A program made the position numbers and the translations under genes. Of a DNA stretch of 56,744 bases, positions 20,326 through 30,393 are shown in pieces; the stretch's first letter is position 1, and each line of letters opens with the position of its first letter. The DNA is taken from the NCBI GenBank assembly GCA_040904505.1, contig JBBDTH010000018.1:1-56744 (forward strand), in the 5' to 3' direction. The DNA is from Rhodospirillales bacterium (GTDB taxonomy: Bacteria > Pseudomonadota > Alphaproteobacteria > Rhodospirillales > CALINB01). The notes under the pieces are model-generated. The model ran no database searches. It was not told the origin of the DNA and was given only the letters and a program-made list of their open reading frames with translations.

Positions 20326-21761
20326 GATGCTGCCTCGTCCGCCAATACGAGCTTTTCGAGTTGGGTGCTAAATCCTTGTTCGTCTTCCAAGCACCGAAGA
20401 TCGAGCCAAAAGGCGTTGTCCTGAAGCCGCCCGATGACGGGTCGTGGCAGGCTTCGAAAGGCGTCCGCAATGCGCCGTGCCGCCGTACCGGCTTTGCGCT
20501 TGCCGGCTTTCGGTCGGATGACGAGCGCCGCGCTGGGGATGCGGGTCAGGGGTAAGGAGCCGCTACCGGTTTGGCTGTCGCAGGGCTCGACCGTCACCTC
20601 GGCCACAGGGGCCAAGCATTTTTGCAAGTTCGGCAAGAGGCGTTGCGCCGATTGCTCGACCGAGTCGCGGGAGCGGGCCAGCAGACGTAATGTCGGCACG
20701 CGTTCGAGCAGTTTTTCCGGATTGGCATAGAGTTGCAGAACGGCGGCGAGGGCGGCGATCGTCACCTTGTCGAGCCGCATGGCCCGTTTCATGGGATTGC
20801 GTTTGATTTTGCCGATCAGATCGGCGCGCCCGACGATGATGCCGGCCTGCGGACCGCCCAAAAGTTTATCCCCGCTGAACGTTACCAAATCGGCGCCTTG
20901 GGCAAGGGTTTCCTGGGCGGTCGGTTCGTGGGGCAGGCCGTAGGGGGCCAAATCGACGAGGGTGCCGCTGCCGAGATCCACCATAAACGGCAAGCCGTGC
21001 CGATGGGCGAGATCGGCCAGCTCTTTTTCCGGAACCGTCTTGGTGAATCCTTGCACGGTGTAGTTGCTGGTGTGCACTTTCATCAAAAGCGCGGTGCGCT
21101 TGCCGATGGCGCTTTCGAAGTCTTTCAGGTGCGTGCGATTGGTCGTACCGACCTCGACGAGTTTGCAGCCGGCCCGGCTCATGATGTCGGGCATGCGGAA
21201 CGATCCGCCGATTTCGATGAGCTCTCCCCGGGAAACGGGAATCTCCTTTTTGAGCCCGAAGGTGTTCAAACACAGCAGGACGGCGGCGGCATTATTGTTC
21301 ACGACGGTCGCCGCTTCGGCTCCCGTAAGACGGCAGAGCAGCGTATCGAGATGGCTATCCCTATCGCCGCGCTTGCCTGTCGCCAAGTCGTATTCGAGAT
21401 TACCGGCCTCCCGGGCGGCATCCGTCATGGCGGTAATGGCTTCCTCGGGCAACAAGGCCCGGCCCAAATTCGTATGCAGGACCGTTCCGGTGAGATTGTA
21501 GACGGCCCGCAGCGGCGGTTGCACCCACGAGTCAAGAAGACCGGCGACCAGCGGGACGACGGTTTCATCGTCGATGGGTTTGGCAATTCTCGGCCGCTCG
21601 GCCGCGAAAGAATCGCGAAGCTTTGCTAACACGGTTCGCACGGCGTCCGCCGTCATCGGGCGCCCGTATCTCTCCGTCATGGCAACGATGGGCGGGAGGT
21701 TCAGGACGTGATCGACGGAGGGAATAGAGGCTAGAACGGTATCAGAAGAAGGCATCGGCAC
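20322..21761 (-). CDS. selA: L-seryl-tRNA(Sec) selenium transferase
   Basis: 479 aa. NLTGTVLHTNLGRALL and the PLP-lysine context FSGDKLLGGPQAGIIVGR. Confidence 0.95.
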   Translation of the reverse strand: MPMPSSDTVLASIPSVDHVLNLPPIVAMTERYGRPMTADAVRTVLAKLRDSFAAERPRIAKPIDDETVVPLVAGLLDSWVQPPLRAVYNLTGTVLHTNLGRALLPEEAITAMTDAAREAGNLEYDLATGKRGDRDSHLDTLLCRLTGAEAATVVNNNAAAVLLCLNTFGLKKEIPVSRGELIEIGGSFRMPDIMSRAGCKLVEVGTTNRTHLKDFESAIGKRTALLMKVHTSNYTVQGFTKTVPEKELADLAHRHGLPFMVDLGSGTLVDLAPYGLPHEPTAQETLAQGADLVTFSGDKLLGGPQAGIIVGRADLIGKIKRNPMKRAMRLDKVTIAALAAVLQLYANPEKLLERVPTLRLLARSRDSVEQSAQRLLPNLQKCLAPVAEVTVEPCDSQTGSGSLPLTRIPSAALVIRPKAGKRKAGTAARRIADAFRSLPRPVIGRLQDNAFWLDLRCLEDEQGFSTQLEKLVLADEAAS

Positions 21762-22151
21762 GCACGGTCCCGGTTGTTTTCAGAAAGGCGTTGCAGGCTA
21801 GGCTTCGTCCCGTATGGCGTCAAGGGAAGCGCCGGCATGAGAAGAGAAATTAGGAATAAGGCATATAAAATTGTCCGGATTTCTCACGACGGCGTGACTC
21901 GCTAACGGGAATTTCGGCTCGTCAGACACGAAGATTTGTGGCACATTTCCGTTCCGGCTAGGTTCTTAACTAAAAAGAATGAATAAGACCCCACGCTGCT
22001 CATGCTCGGCAGCTAAAAGAGCAAGATATTGTACTGCATATATTTTTTGTTAATATATGTGGTTTATAGGACCCCTATAAAGATTTCGGGGCGGAATCTC
22101 ATTCCGTCCCGGGATTGTACCTCATTGAACGCATTCAGGGTTTAAAAACAT

Positions 22152-22946
22152 ATGGTGAAGAAGTCGGGGGTCTCTAAGGCGGTTTTCACGGATTTTGAAA
22201 ATTCTCCTGCCGAGCCCTTTATTCCCCAAACGGATTACGGCGCCGCGGCAGGGAAGCCCGCGCCCGCCGCCTCGGCGGCGAAGAAAACCGTCTCATCGGG
22301 CAAACCCGGGCGCAAGACCGAGCACACCCAGATGGATATCGAGGACTATCTGCGGGTATTGAAAACCCTCGGGGTGCAAGACGAGAAGCGCGAGAATTTT
22401 TTCGGCCGGCTGTTGGTGCGGACTTTCGAGCATAAGCTGACAGAGGCCAACGAGGCGCCGGATGCAGAGGGACAGGTATCGCGTTCCATGTTGCCGGGAT
22501 TCTTTACCGTGCTGCATATCCTGCTCGGCAGGAGTTTGATCGAGCGATACCAATCGATGACGAAAGAAATCGTTCAACGTACGAACGGCAGCCTCGAGAA
22601 CATCGATTGGAACAAGGTTTACGGCAATCAGGACGCCAAGCTCATCACGCAGGATGCTTTGGTTGCCTTGGCATTGCATCTGGAAAGCATAGAAGAGAGC
22701 GCCGGCTGGTTCGTCGATCTCGTGAACGATAATTCGTCAGCGCCGCACGTGAAGATTACGGTGGACGAGTTCAATTGGCGATTGACTCAAAATACTTTCA
22801 AAGGCTTGTTAGGTGATCTCTTCGGAGAATTGCGCGAGACGTTGGCCACGGAGACCGGGCGATTGCAGATGACACGGCGCCATGGTGCGGAAACCTGCAT
22901 CAAGCTTGTCGAGTTCATGGGCCATCTGGATGTCTTGAAAAATTAA
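22152..22946 (+). CDS. hypothetical protein (264 aa), no family recognised
   Basis: Long ORF with balanced composition, followed by a canonical terminator. Ala/Lys/Pro-rich N-terminal ~60 aa, then a helical-looking body. Confidence 0.6.
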   Translation: MVKKSGVSKAVFTDFENSPAEPFIPQTDYGAAAGKPAPAASAAKKTVSSGKPGRKTEHTQMDIEDYLRVLKTLGVQDEKRENFFGRLLVRTFEHKLTEANEAPDAEGQVSRSMLPGFFTVLHILLGRSLIERYQSMTKEIVQRTNGSLENIDWNKVYGNQDAKLITQDALVALALHLESIEESAGWFVDLVNDNSSAPHVKITVDEFNWRLTQNTFKGLLGDLFGELRETLATETGRLQMTRRHGAETCIKLVEFMGHLDVLKN

Positions 22947-22971
22947 TTTTTTTAAATTTGTGTATTCGAAT

Positions 22972-23008
22972 GCGGCGGTTCCGATTACGGAGCCGCCGCT
23001 ATTTTTTT
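22972..23008 (+). terminator. rho-independent terminator
   Basis: GCGGCGGTTCC-GATTAC-GGAGCCGCCGC (11 bp with one G.U) followed by TATTTTTTT. Confidence 0.75.
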
Positions 23009-23025
23009 GTCCGGACTACATCGGA

Positions 23026-24381
23026 CTATACTTGTAGTAACGGCCGCAATTCGGTGACGTCCGCGATGCTTTCGAGGTCTAATATCCGATCGACCAGCCG
23101 GGCAGTTTTCTCGGAGCCGATGACGGGGCCCATCAGGCCGACGGCCTTGGCGGCGACCTCGGCGCGGTCCATGGGATTGGCGGCGCTGCCTCGGACGGCT
23201 TTGGTGTGATGGCTTAACACGCGCCCGTCGAGCGTCGTGATGTCGACGATGGCCTGGCGCGGCGGGTGAGCCGTTCTCAAGTCTTTGTCGGGAATCAGTT
23301 CGACCTTGCGGCGCAAAGCGAGGATATCGGAATCCTCCATGCGGGCATCATTGTGAGTGTTTTCGAAAGTCAAGTGGCGGTCGATCAGAAACAACGCGGT
23401 CAAGTGCTGCAGGCACATGTTCGGCATCAGGCTGTTGTCCGAGATTGCATAACGGCCCTCGGGCAGCGTGATGACGATCTTTTCCACCTGATCCGGTCGG
23501 ATGTCGTGTTCTCTTATCAGGATTTCGATCGCATCCAAGGGCGATTGCGCCGGCATGCCGACACACCACTTCTTGAGATTCGCATCCAGAATATCGAAGC
23601 GTTTTCCCAGCTCTTTCGTGATTTCCTCCGGGCGGGGATCGTTCGTGAAGACATCCAAATAGCCGTGGGGGCCGGACAGAACGTCATCGACGCCGCTGAG
23701 GCCGGCGGCGGCGAACAGCGCGGCCTGTACGGCGTTCCGCGCCGGCATGCCGCCGAACACGAATGCCTTTTCCACGTGTTCGTTATCCCGGTGCCAACAC
23801 GGGACCCCCGATGCCTGCTGCATCGCGTATGAAATCAGGTAACGGGCCTGCCGGTCATCGATTTTTAAGAGCGAGCCGCAGGCCGCCGCGGCGCCGAATT
23901 GCGCCCCCGTACATGTGGCGTGGCGGGCATCGTTGAAGAGCACGTCCGGACCGAGGGCGAGATTGAAGCGCGCGCCGATGTCATAGCCTAAGGCAACGGC
24001 CTCAATCAGCGCCCGGCCCGTGCATTGTCCGCGTTCGGCGACGGCCAACGCCGCCGGAACGATCACGCATCCCGGATGGAAACGCGCACGTTGGTGGGTA
24101 TCGTCGGTTTCGTCGGCATGGGCGAGGGTACCGTTGACTTGGGCCGCGTTGATCGCCGTGGTGACATACCGGGCGGCGGCAACCGTGGCTTCGGCGGAAC
24201 CGCCTTGAGTGCTCATGAACTCGATCGCCAAACGGCCGGGTTTCAGAGCGGCGCCCGAGATCATGGCGGCTACCGTGTCGAGAATATGAAGTTTCGCTTT
24301 ATCGATAACGTCGCGCGGCAGGTCCCGTGCGTGCGTCAAGGCCATGTAGGCGCTGAGCTCGGCCATTAAAGGCGATATCAT
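23026..24381 (-). CDS. MmgE/PrpD family protein (2-methylcitrate dehydratase-like)
   Basis: 451 aa. Family-typical N-terminus (LPRDVIDKAKLHILDTVAAMISGA) and HADETDD / FHPG motifs. Confidence 0.9.
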   Translation of the reverse strand: MISPLMAELSAYMALTHARDLPRDVIDKAKLHILDTVAAMISGAALKPGRLAIEFMSTQGGSAEATVAAARYVTTAINAAQVNGTLAHADETDDTHQRARFHPGCVIVPAALAVAERGQCTGRALIEAVALGYDIGARFNLALGPDVLFNDARHATCTGAQFGAAAACGSLLKIDDRQARYLISYAMQQASGVPCWHRDNEHVEKAFVFGGMPARNAVQAALFAAAGLSGVDDVLSGPHGYLDVFTNDPRPEEITKELGKRFDILDANLKKWCVGMPAQSPLDAIEILIREHDIRPDQVEKIVITLPEGRYAISDNSLMPNMCLQHLTALFLIDRHLTFENTHNDARMEDSDILALRRKVELIPDKDLRTAHPPRQAIVDITTLDGRVLSHHTKAVRGSAANPMDRAEVAAKAVGLMGPVIGSEKTARLVDRILDLESIADVTELRPLLQV

Positions 24382-24491
24382 TCCCGGTTTTCCCCTGATC
24401 CAAGGCCATTATTTCGGCATAGTTGTCTGCCTGCGAAGAATACACAATAATATGCTCCGTTACATTCGTCCCGGAATAGGTAGCTCAACCC

Positions 24492-25295
24492 ATGACATTT
24501 CATCGTTTTGAAGACTATAAGGCACGCGCTCATGCCATTCACTTGACCACGGCGCAAAATCGTAAAATCGAAGGCGACTACATGTTCTTCTGCCACGTTA
24601 CCAAGGCGGCAGGCACCGGCTCCGAGCTTCATTATCATCCGAACGAACTTTTGACTTTTATCTTGAACGGCAAGGCGAATGTTCTTGTCGGCAAGGAGCG
24701 CCGTATCGTTCCGGCCGGAACGTTCGTTCATATTCCGCCCTGTGCCCGCCATTCGATTAAGGCATCGGAAGACGGCGATATGCAATATCTCTATATCAAG
24801 GATCAGACATGGTCGATGGTCGGCGTTGCCGCCGATGAAGCCTTGCCCGACGAGGCGCCGGACGTTGAAGAGGTTGCGGAGAAATTTTCCAAGGGCGAAT
24901 GGCCGGGGCAGAAAAAAAGCCCGGAGGAATCGGGGGCCATCATCGAAGGATTGGCGAATTGTTTTTATCCCGTCATCGAGTCCTTCGATGCGCCGACTAT
25001 TTCCTGCGAACGGACCTGCCGCATCGCCGGCGAACGCCTGGCATTCAATTTTGCCGATCTGCCTGAAGGCTATCATCATCGATTCGATGCGACGCCGCAC
25101 GAGGAATTCATCTACCTATTGAAGGGCGAGCTGACCGCGACGGTCGGCGGCGAGAAGAAAAACTGCGTTTCGGGTGATGTTATCCAAATCCCGAAGGGCT
25201 CGAAGCTGTCGCTCGAAGTGACGGTGGGGCCGGTGCGTTATGTGTCCGTCGAATCCACGACGTTTTTGGAAGGGAAAATCGACCGGAAAATGTAA
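24492..25295 (+). CDS. bicupin protein, paralog A
   Basis: N-terminal cupin motif GTGSELHYHPNELLTFILNG ... GTFVHIPPCARHS plus a second cupin-like C-terminal half. Confidence 0.8.
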   Translation: MTFHRFEDYKARAHAIHLTTAQNRKIEGDYMFFCHVTKAAGTGSELHYHPNELLTFILNGKANVLVGKERRIVPAGTFVHIPPCARHSIKASEDGDMQYLYIKDQTWSMVGVAADEALPDEAPDVEEVAEKFSKGEWPGQKKSPEESGAIIEGLANCFYPVIESFDAPTISCERTCRIAGERLAFNFADLPEGYHHRFDATPHEEFIYLLKGELTATVGGEKKNCVSGDVIQIPKGSKLSLEVTVGPVRYVSVESTTFLEGKIDRKM

Positions 25296-25335
25296 AAATT
25301 AAAATAATGTCTTTAATGTCTTAAGGGAGGCTGCC

Positions 25336-26139
25336 ATGACATTCCATCGCTTCGAGAACTACGAAGCCCGCACACGGGCCGTTCATCTTTCCACCGGGCA
25401 AACCCGGAAAATCGTCGGTAAATACGTCTACTTCGGTCATGTCGGTAAGGCTCCCGGGACCGGTTCGGTGCTTCACTACCACCCCAACGACTTCATGGTT
25501 TTCGTTCTGACGGGCAAGGCCAACGCGATTTGCGGCAAGGACCGCCGCGTTATCACGCCGGGCACGTTGATGCATGTACCGCCGTGCGCGCGCCACTCGG
25601 TGAAGGCGACCGAGGAAGGATTCATGACGTATCTCGCCATCAAGGAGCCGACGTGGTCGATGGTAGGCTCGGCGGCCGACGAGCCGCTGCCGGATGCGGC
25701 GCCTGTCGAGGAAGAGGTGTGGAAGACCCACGCCGAGGGCAAATGGCCGGGCCGGAACAAGAGCGAGGGAGAATCTCAGGTCGTCATCGAGGGGATCGGT
25801 AATGCGTTTTACCAGATGATCGACTCCTTCGACGCGCCCGCGATTTCAGCGCACTCGGTCCGCCGCGTGATCGGCCCACATATCAATTTCGCGTTCTACG
25901 ATCTGCCGAAGGGCCACGAGGAGCCACTTCACACCGCCGAGCATGAGCGGTTCATTTACATGGTGCACGGCGGCATCGAGGCCGGCGTCGGCGGCCAGAT
26001 TCAGACCTGCGGCCCTGACGACGTCATCGAGATTCCGCGCGGTAGCGAAGTCGGTTTCAAGGTTATCGAGGGACCGACCCGGTTCGTCTCGGTGCAGCCG
26101 ACTCCGAAGCTCGAGGCCTGGGTCGACAGCCAGAGCTGA
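25336..26139 (+). CDS. bicupin protein, paralog B (tandem duplicate)
   Basis: Same length (267 aa) and colinear with paralog A. GTGSVLHYHPNDFMVFVLTG ... GTLMHVPPCARHS. AAGGGAGG SD. Confidence 0.8.
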   Translation: MTFHRFENYEARTRAVHLSTGQTRKIVGKYVYFGHVGKAPGTGSVLHYHPNDFMVFVLTGKANAICGKDRRVITPGTLMHVPPCARHSVKATEEGFMTYLAIKEPTWSMVGSAADEPLPDAAPVEEEVWKTHAEGKWPGRNKSEGESQVVIEGIGNAFYQMIDSFDAPAISAHSVRRVIGPHINFAFYDLPKGHEEPLHTAEHERFIYMVHGGIEAGVGGQIQTCGPDDVIEIPRGSEVGFKVIEGPTRFVSVQPTPKLEAWVDSQS

Positions 26140-26152
26140 ACGGTTCGCCTGT

Positions 26153-26704
26153 TCAGTCCTTGAGCGGGGGCTCGACGCCTTCCTGCATCGGCACATTGAA
26201 GGTCTTCAGGGTCAAACCCGTGATGGTGTAATAACCGGACAGGCCGATGATCTCCATCACGCCCTTTTCGCCGAAATGCTTGACGGCGGCGGCGTAGGTC
26301 TTGTCACTGGCCTCGCGGGTCTCCCAAAGTTCGGTGCAGAGATCGTATAGCGCTTCCTCGTCGGCTTTTTTGAAGGTGGGGCGCTTGCGATCGGCGATGG
26401 CCTCGACGATGGCGTCATCGAGCCCCGCTTTCTTGGCGTGTTGCACGTGGGAGTACCAAGCGGGTTGGGCGACCCATTGCCGAACCGTGATCAGGATCGT
26501 CAGTTCGATATGGCGCGGCTCCAGGGAGCAATCGAATCTAACGAACGCTCCCAATTTCTGGGCGCCGTCGGCGAAGGCCGGGCTGCGCAGCCAGGCGTTC
26601 ATGGGAAGGGTCATTTTCCCCCGGGGACCCGATACGATGTCGTCATGAACCTTGCGCTGTTCCGGGGTCATGGTCTCGGGCGTTAGCATTTCAAGTCGAC
26701 TCAT
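26153..26704 (-). CDS. carboxymuconolactone decarboxylase (CMD/AhpD-like) family protein
   Basis: 183 aa. Two-helix-repeat CMD-like sequence (EIIGLSGYYTITGL). Confidence 0.75.
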   Translation of the reverse strand: MSRLEMLTPETMTPEQRKVHDDIVSGPRGKMTLPMNAWLRSPAFADGAQKLGAFVRFDCSLEPRHIELTILITVRQWVAQPAWYSHVQHAKKAGLDDAIVEAIADRKRPTFKKADEEALYDLCTELWETREASDKTYAAAVKHFGEKGVMEIIGLSGYYTITGLTLKTFNVPMQEGVEPPLKD

Positions 26705-26772
26705 TGTCTTTCCCCTTGTTTATTGGTCGGATATCGATCTCTTCTGCCGGTTCGGGCGGGCTGCGGTTGCGA

Positions 26773-28455
26773 TCACGGGTCCATGGCAGGATGATGGCTG
26801 GCGTCGGGATCGACGTAAACGTTGATCACGACCGGACCGCCCGCTTTATGGGCCTCCTCGAGTGCGCCGAGGATCTGATCGGGATGGGTCACGGTCATGC
26901 CGCGGCAGCCGAAGCCTTCGGCGACTTTCGCGAAATCGACGTTCGAAAAATCGACGGCGATACGGTTGTTCCCGAGATTGTCGCGGACCATGCCGAGGCC
27001 CTGATTGTTCGAAACCACGAAAACGACGGAAAGATTCTGTTCCACGCAGGTCGCGAGAACCTGCAGGGAGGTCGAGAAGCCGCCGTCGCCGGCGAGGCTG
27101 GTTACCCGTTGTCCGGGATAGAGGAGCTTGATGGCCGCCGCCGCCGGCGGGCTCCATCCCATGCCGCCGATGCCGCCGGGCACGACCAAACGGCCCGGAT
27201 GTTTGACCCGAAGACCGTTCGTGGTCCAGATGCGGTTGGCGCCGGCATCGAGCGTCAGGTAATCGTCCTTCGTCAGGAAACTCTGCAACGCCCGAACAAC
27301 GTCGACGTGATGAACGTATCCTTGCGCGGCGGGGAGATCGGGCAGGCTGTCGTAGCCGGTTTCCTTCTTGATGGTCTTGATGTTGCCGAGGCGCTTGTCG
27401 CGCGCGTCGCCACTTAGGTTTTGACTCGCAAGCACCTGAAGGGCATCGGCGGCATCGGCCGTGATGGCAAGATCGACCGGATAGACCCAGCCCGCGTTGC
27501 GGGGATCGACATCGATCTGCACGAGCGTTTGATCGCCCGGCCGGATCATCTTGGGATCGCGAAACCGGGTATAATCCGGTCCCATGCTGACGCCGACCAT
27601 GACGATGAGATCAGCCGACGCGACGGCCCGGTTGGCGGTGGCGCAGCCCCAGGTCCCGAGCATGCCGACGGCGCAGTCGAGGGTTTCGTCGACGCAGCCC
27701 TTGGCGTTATAGCTGGTCGCGACCATAGCGCCGGTTTTTTCGGCGATTTCCTGAAGCGTTTTATGAGCACCGGCCGCGAGCACGCCGTTGCCGGCGATGA
27801 AGGCGGGACGTTGCGCGGCATTAAGAAGTTTAGCCAGTTCGCCGATGGCCTCGGGATCGACTCTCGCCGGCGTGTAGGCGAGATAACCGCCGATGGGATA
27901 AAGCCGCGCGCGCGGGTTTTCGGGCACCTCCCGGCGCACGATGCCGCTTTTCATAATGACGGCGGCGGGCCCGCTGCGCGGCAACGTCGCGTGCTTGAAG
28001 GCCATTTGCAGGCCGTAGACCGCATCCTGGGGCTCGGTGGCGAAGGTGGAATACTTCGTCATGCCCCGCAGCATCGACTGAATGTCCGCGCCGCCGTAAT
28101 CGCCGGTCATAGTTTGATAGACGCCGTACTGGCCGAATCCGTCGTAGTCGGAGGCCTCGGTCAGGATCACCATGGGCGATCCCGAGAAGTAAGCCTCTAA
28201 AATGCCGAAACCGCCGATGGTCGAGGCGAATGGGCCTTGTCCCATAAAAACGCCGGGCCGTCCCGTCAGGCGGCCGGTAACTTGGGCCATCACGGAAGCG
28301 ATCTGTTCGGTACGGGTCAGGACGACGTCGAGTTTGTCCTTTTGTTCATGGAAGGCGTCGAGCGACCACGTAATACCGAGCCCCGGCAGCGTGAAGGCCC
28401 GTTTCACGCCGGCGTCGATCATGGTTTGGACAAGGACTTGGCTGGTCTTCGGCAT
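26773..28455 (-). CDS. thiamine diphosphate-dependent enzyme (acetolactate synthase large-subunit-like)
   Basis: TPP_N (GVKRAFTLPG), central domain and TPP_C (GDGGFSTSLQVLATCVEQNLSVVFVVSNN) motifs. Start placed at ATG 28455. Confidence 0.9.
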   Translation of the reverse strand: MPKTSQVLVQTMIDAGVKRAFTLPGLGITWSLDAFHEQKDKLDVVLTRTEQIASVMAQVTGRLTGRPGVFMGQGPFASTIGGFGILEAYFSGSPMVILTEASDYDGFGQYGVYQTMTGDYGGADIQSMLRGMTKYSTFATEPQDAVYGLQMAFKHATLPRSGPAAVIMKSGIVRREVPENPRARLYPIGGYLAYTPARVDPEAIGELAKLLNAAQRPAFIAGNGVLAAGAHKTLQEIAEKTGAMVATSYNAKGCVDETLDCAVGMLGTWGCATANRAVASADLIVMVGVSMGPDYTRFRDPKMIRPGDQTLVQIDVDPRNAGWVYPVDLAITADAADALQVLASQNLSGDARDKRLGNIKTIKKETGYDSLPDLPAAQGYVHHVDVVRALQSFLTKDDYLTLDAGANRIWTTNGLRVKHPGRLVVPGGIGGMGWSPPAAAAIKLLYPGQRVTSLAGDGGFSTSLQVLATCVEQNLSVVFVVSNNQGLGMVRDNLGNNRIAVDFSNVDFAKVAEGFGCRGMTVTHPDQILGALEEAHKAGGPVVINVYVDPDASHHPAMDP

Positions 28456-28706
28456 GGTGAAACGCGCTCCCCGTGGTGGTCGGTTGATTTTTGTGAATTT
28501 GGTATTTGAGTGGGTCGTGTGCCGTCGGCCGTTATTTGTAGCGAATGACGCCGCTTTCAACAAGAGGCGGCAATCTGTTTCGACGGGCGGATGCGGGGGC
28601 CGGCCAAGACGGGCGTTTTTAGCCTCCGAATTTGCTATAACGGAATTTGGGTCGTTTCCCGTGGATAGTCACGGTATTGTCGAAGAATAAAGGGGATTTC
28701 CAGTCG

Positions 28707-30389
28707 ATGGCCGCCGATCAGCCTCGTTTCACGGGTCAACAAGAAGACACCGCGCAAATACTCGACACGGTCGACGAGCTTCTGCGTTCAGGCCGTTTCG
28801 AGGAAGCCGACGCGTTATGCCAACGCCTCGTCGAGGCGGACCCAGGTAATGCCGAAGCGCACTATTTTCTGGGATTGATTGCATTCGAAGGCAATGCACT
28901 CGAGCATTCCGAAAATCATTTGGCGCGGGCGGTATCGCTGATGCCCGACGATCCGGTTTTTTTGTGCAATCTCGGTAACGTTCAGCATGCCCGGGGCGAT
29001 TTGGCCGCATCCGAAAAAAGTTTCAGGGCGGCCATTCGTTATGATGACTCTTTGTCGCAGGCCCACGCCAACCTCGGGCTCGTTCTGACGCAACTCGGCC
29101 GGCTTGAAGAGGGCATTCGGGCCTTGAACAAAGCGCTTTCTCTCAATCCGGAAGATGTCGAGGCGCATCTGAATTTAGGCAATGCGTTTCGGGAACAAAA
29201 TGAATTCAAGGATGCGATCGGCCATTACCGCCGTGCCATCGCTCTCTCGCCCGATTATGCCCAAGCCCATCGCAATCTGGGCGGCACCTTAACTCAGATC
29301 GGCGCATTCGATGAAGCCGAGGCATCGCTGCGGCGCAGCCTTCAACTGCAGCCCCAATCCACGGAAACCTATACCGAACTCGGTTTGATTCTCATCGAGG
29401 CCGGAAAGCTGGAAGAGGCCGCCGAGCATTTCATCGGTCCGGTTCGCGCCTTCCGTTCCGTTCAGGAACGGCCGCTCGACGAGTTTCCCGAGTTCGACAA
29501 GATCAATAAAACTAAATTGTCCCACGATATCGACCAACTCGAATACCTTCTCGCCCGGCACCAGATTTCGGAGGATCATCGGGCCTTGGTCGCGGACTAC
29601 AAAGCGGCCCTGACCCGATTGGGCGAGCATTACGAAGGAACGCTGAGTGCGTTCGATCCGCCGGCGCCGGCACGGCTGCTGTCATCGTATAACCGTATCA
29701 TTCATCATGCCCCGGCGGCGCAAGTTGCCGGCGGGGCCTTGTCGCCGGATCTCGACCTTGCGAAGATCGAAAACGATTTCCTGGCATCACAACATGGTTT
29801 CACATTCTTCGACGGCTTGTTGAAAGATGAAGCGTTGGCCGCCTTGCGGGCGTTTTGCCTCGACTCGACGATTTGGTGCCTTTTGGATTATCCGGATGAA
29901 TTGGAGTCGAATCTGCTGACGGGATTTTCCTGCCCGCTTATTTTCCAAATCGCCGCCGATATCAAAGCGGCCTTCCCCAAGATTTTCGGTCCGCATGCCT
30001 TCACGTCCTGTTGGGCGTATAAATATTTTCAACGCAAATCCGGTCTCGGCGTTCATTGCGACGACGGCGCCGTCAGCATCAATTTCTGGATTACGCCGAA
30101 TGAGGCGAACAACAATCCCGATGCGGGCGGATTGGTGCTGTGGAACAAAAAAGTACCGCGGGATTTTCTGGGGGAAATGACGGAAGAGCGCCAGGAACGG
30201 TTCCGGCGTGTCTTGGACGAGCCAGATGCCCGATCGTTCACGGTACCCTATGGGTGCAACCGCGCGGTACTGTTTCATTCGAACGTGCTACACGGTACGG
30301 ACGCGATCGACTTTAAGCCCGGTTATGAGAACAACCGGATCAACATGACGTTCCTGTACGGCAAGGCGCCGAAAGGCGTGGGTGGCTGA
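28707..30389 (+). CDS. TPR-repeat protein with C-terminal 2OG-Fe(II) oxygenase-like domain
   Basis: About six TPR units (AEAHYFLGL, AHANLGLV, AHLNLGNAF, AHRNLGG). The C-terminus has HCD ... LFHSNVLHGTD ... RINMTF (HxD..H..R). Confidence 0.8.
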   Translation: MAADQPRFTGQQEDTAQILDTVDELLRSGRFEEADALCQRLVEADPGNAEAHYFLGLIAFEGNALEHSENHLARAVSLMPDDPVFLCNLGNVQHARGDLAASEKSFRAAIRYDDSLSQAHANLGLVLTQLGRLEEGIRALNKALSLNPEDVEAHLNLGNAFREQNEFKDAIGHYRRAIALSPDYAQAHRNLGGTLTQIGAFDEAEASLRRSLQLQPQSTETYTELGLILIEAGKLEEAAEHFIGPVRAFRSVQERPLDEFPEFDKINKTKLSHDIDQLEYLLARHQISEDHRALVADYKAALTRLGEHYEGTLSAFDPPAPARLLSSYNRIIHHAPAAQVAGGALSPDLDLAKIENDFLASQHGFTFFDGLLKDEALAALRAFCLDSTIWCLLDYPDELESNLLTGFSCPLIFQIAADIKAAFPKIFGPHAFTSCWAYKYFQRKSGLGVHCDDGAVSINFWITPNEANNNPDAGGLVLWNKKVPRDFLGEMTEERQERFRRVLDEPDARSFTVPYGCNRAVLFHSNVLHGTDAIDFKPGYENNRINMTFLYGKAPKGVGG

Positions 30390-30393
30390 CCTA

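Noticed and set aside
19198-21629. Long plus-strand ORFs (356 aa and 298 aa) opposite selB and selA
   Set aside because: They are antisense shadows. The SelB G-domain and the SelA PLP-lysine motifs are on the minus strand.
24378-25100. 240-aa minus-strand ORF overlapping bicupin A
   Set aside because: It is antisense to a gene with clear cupin motifs and has no family signal.
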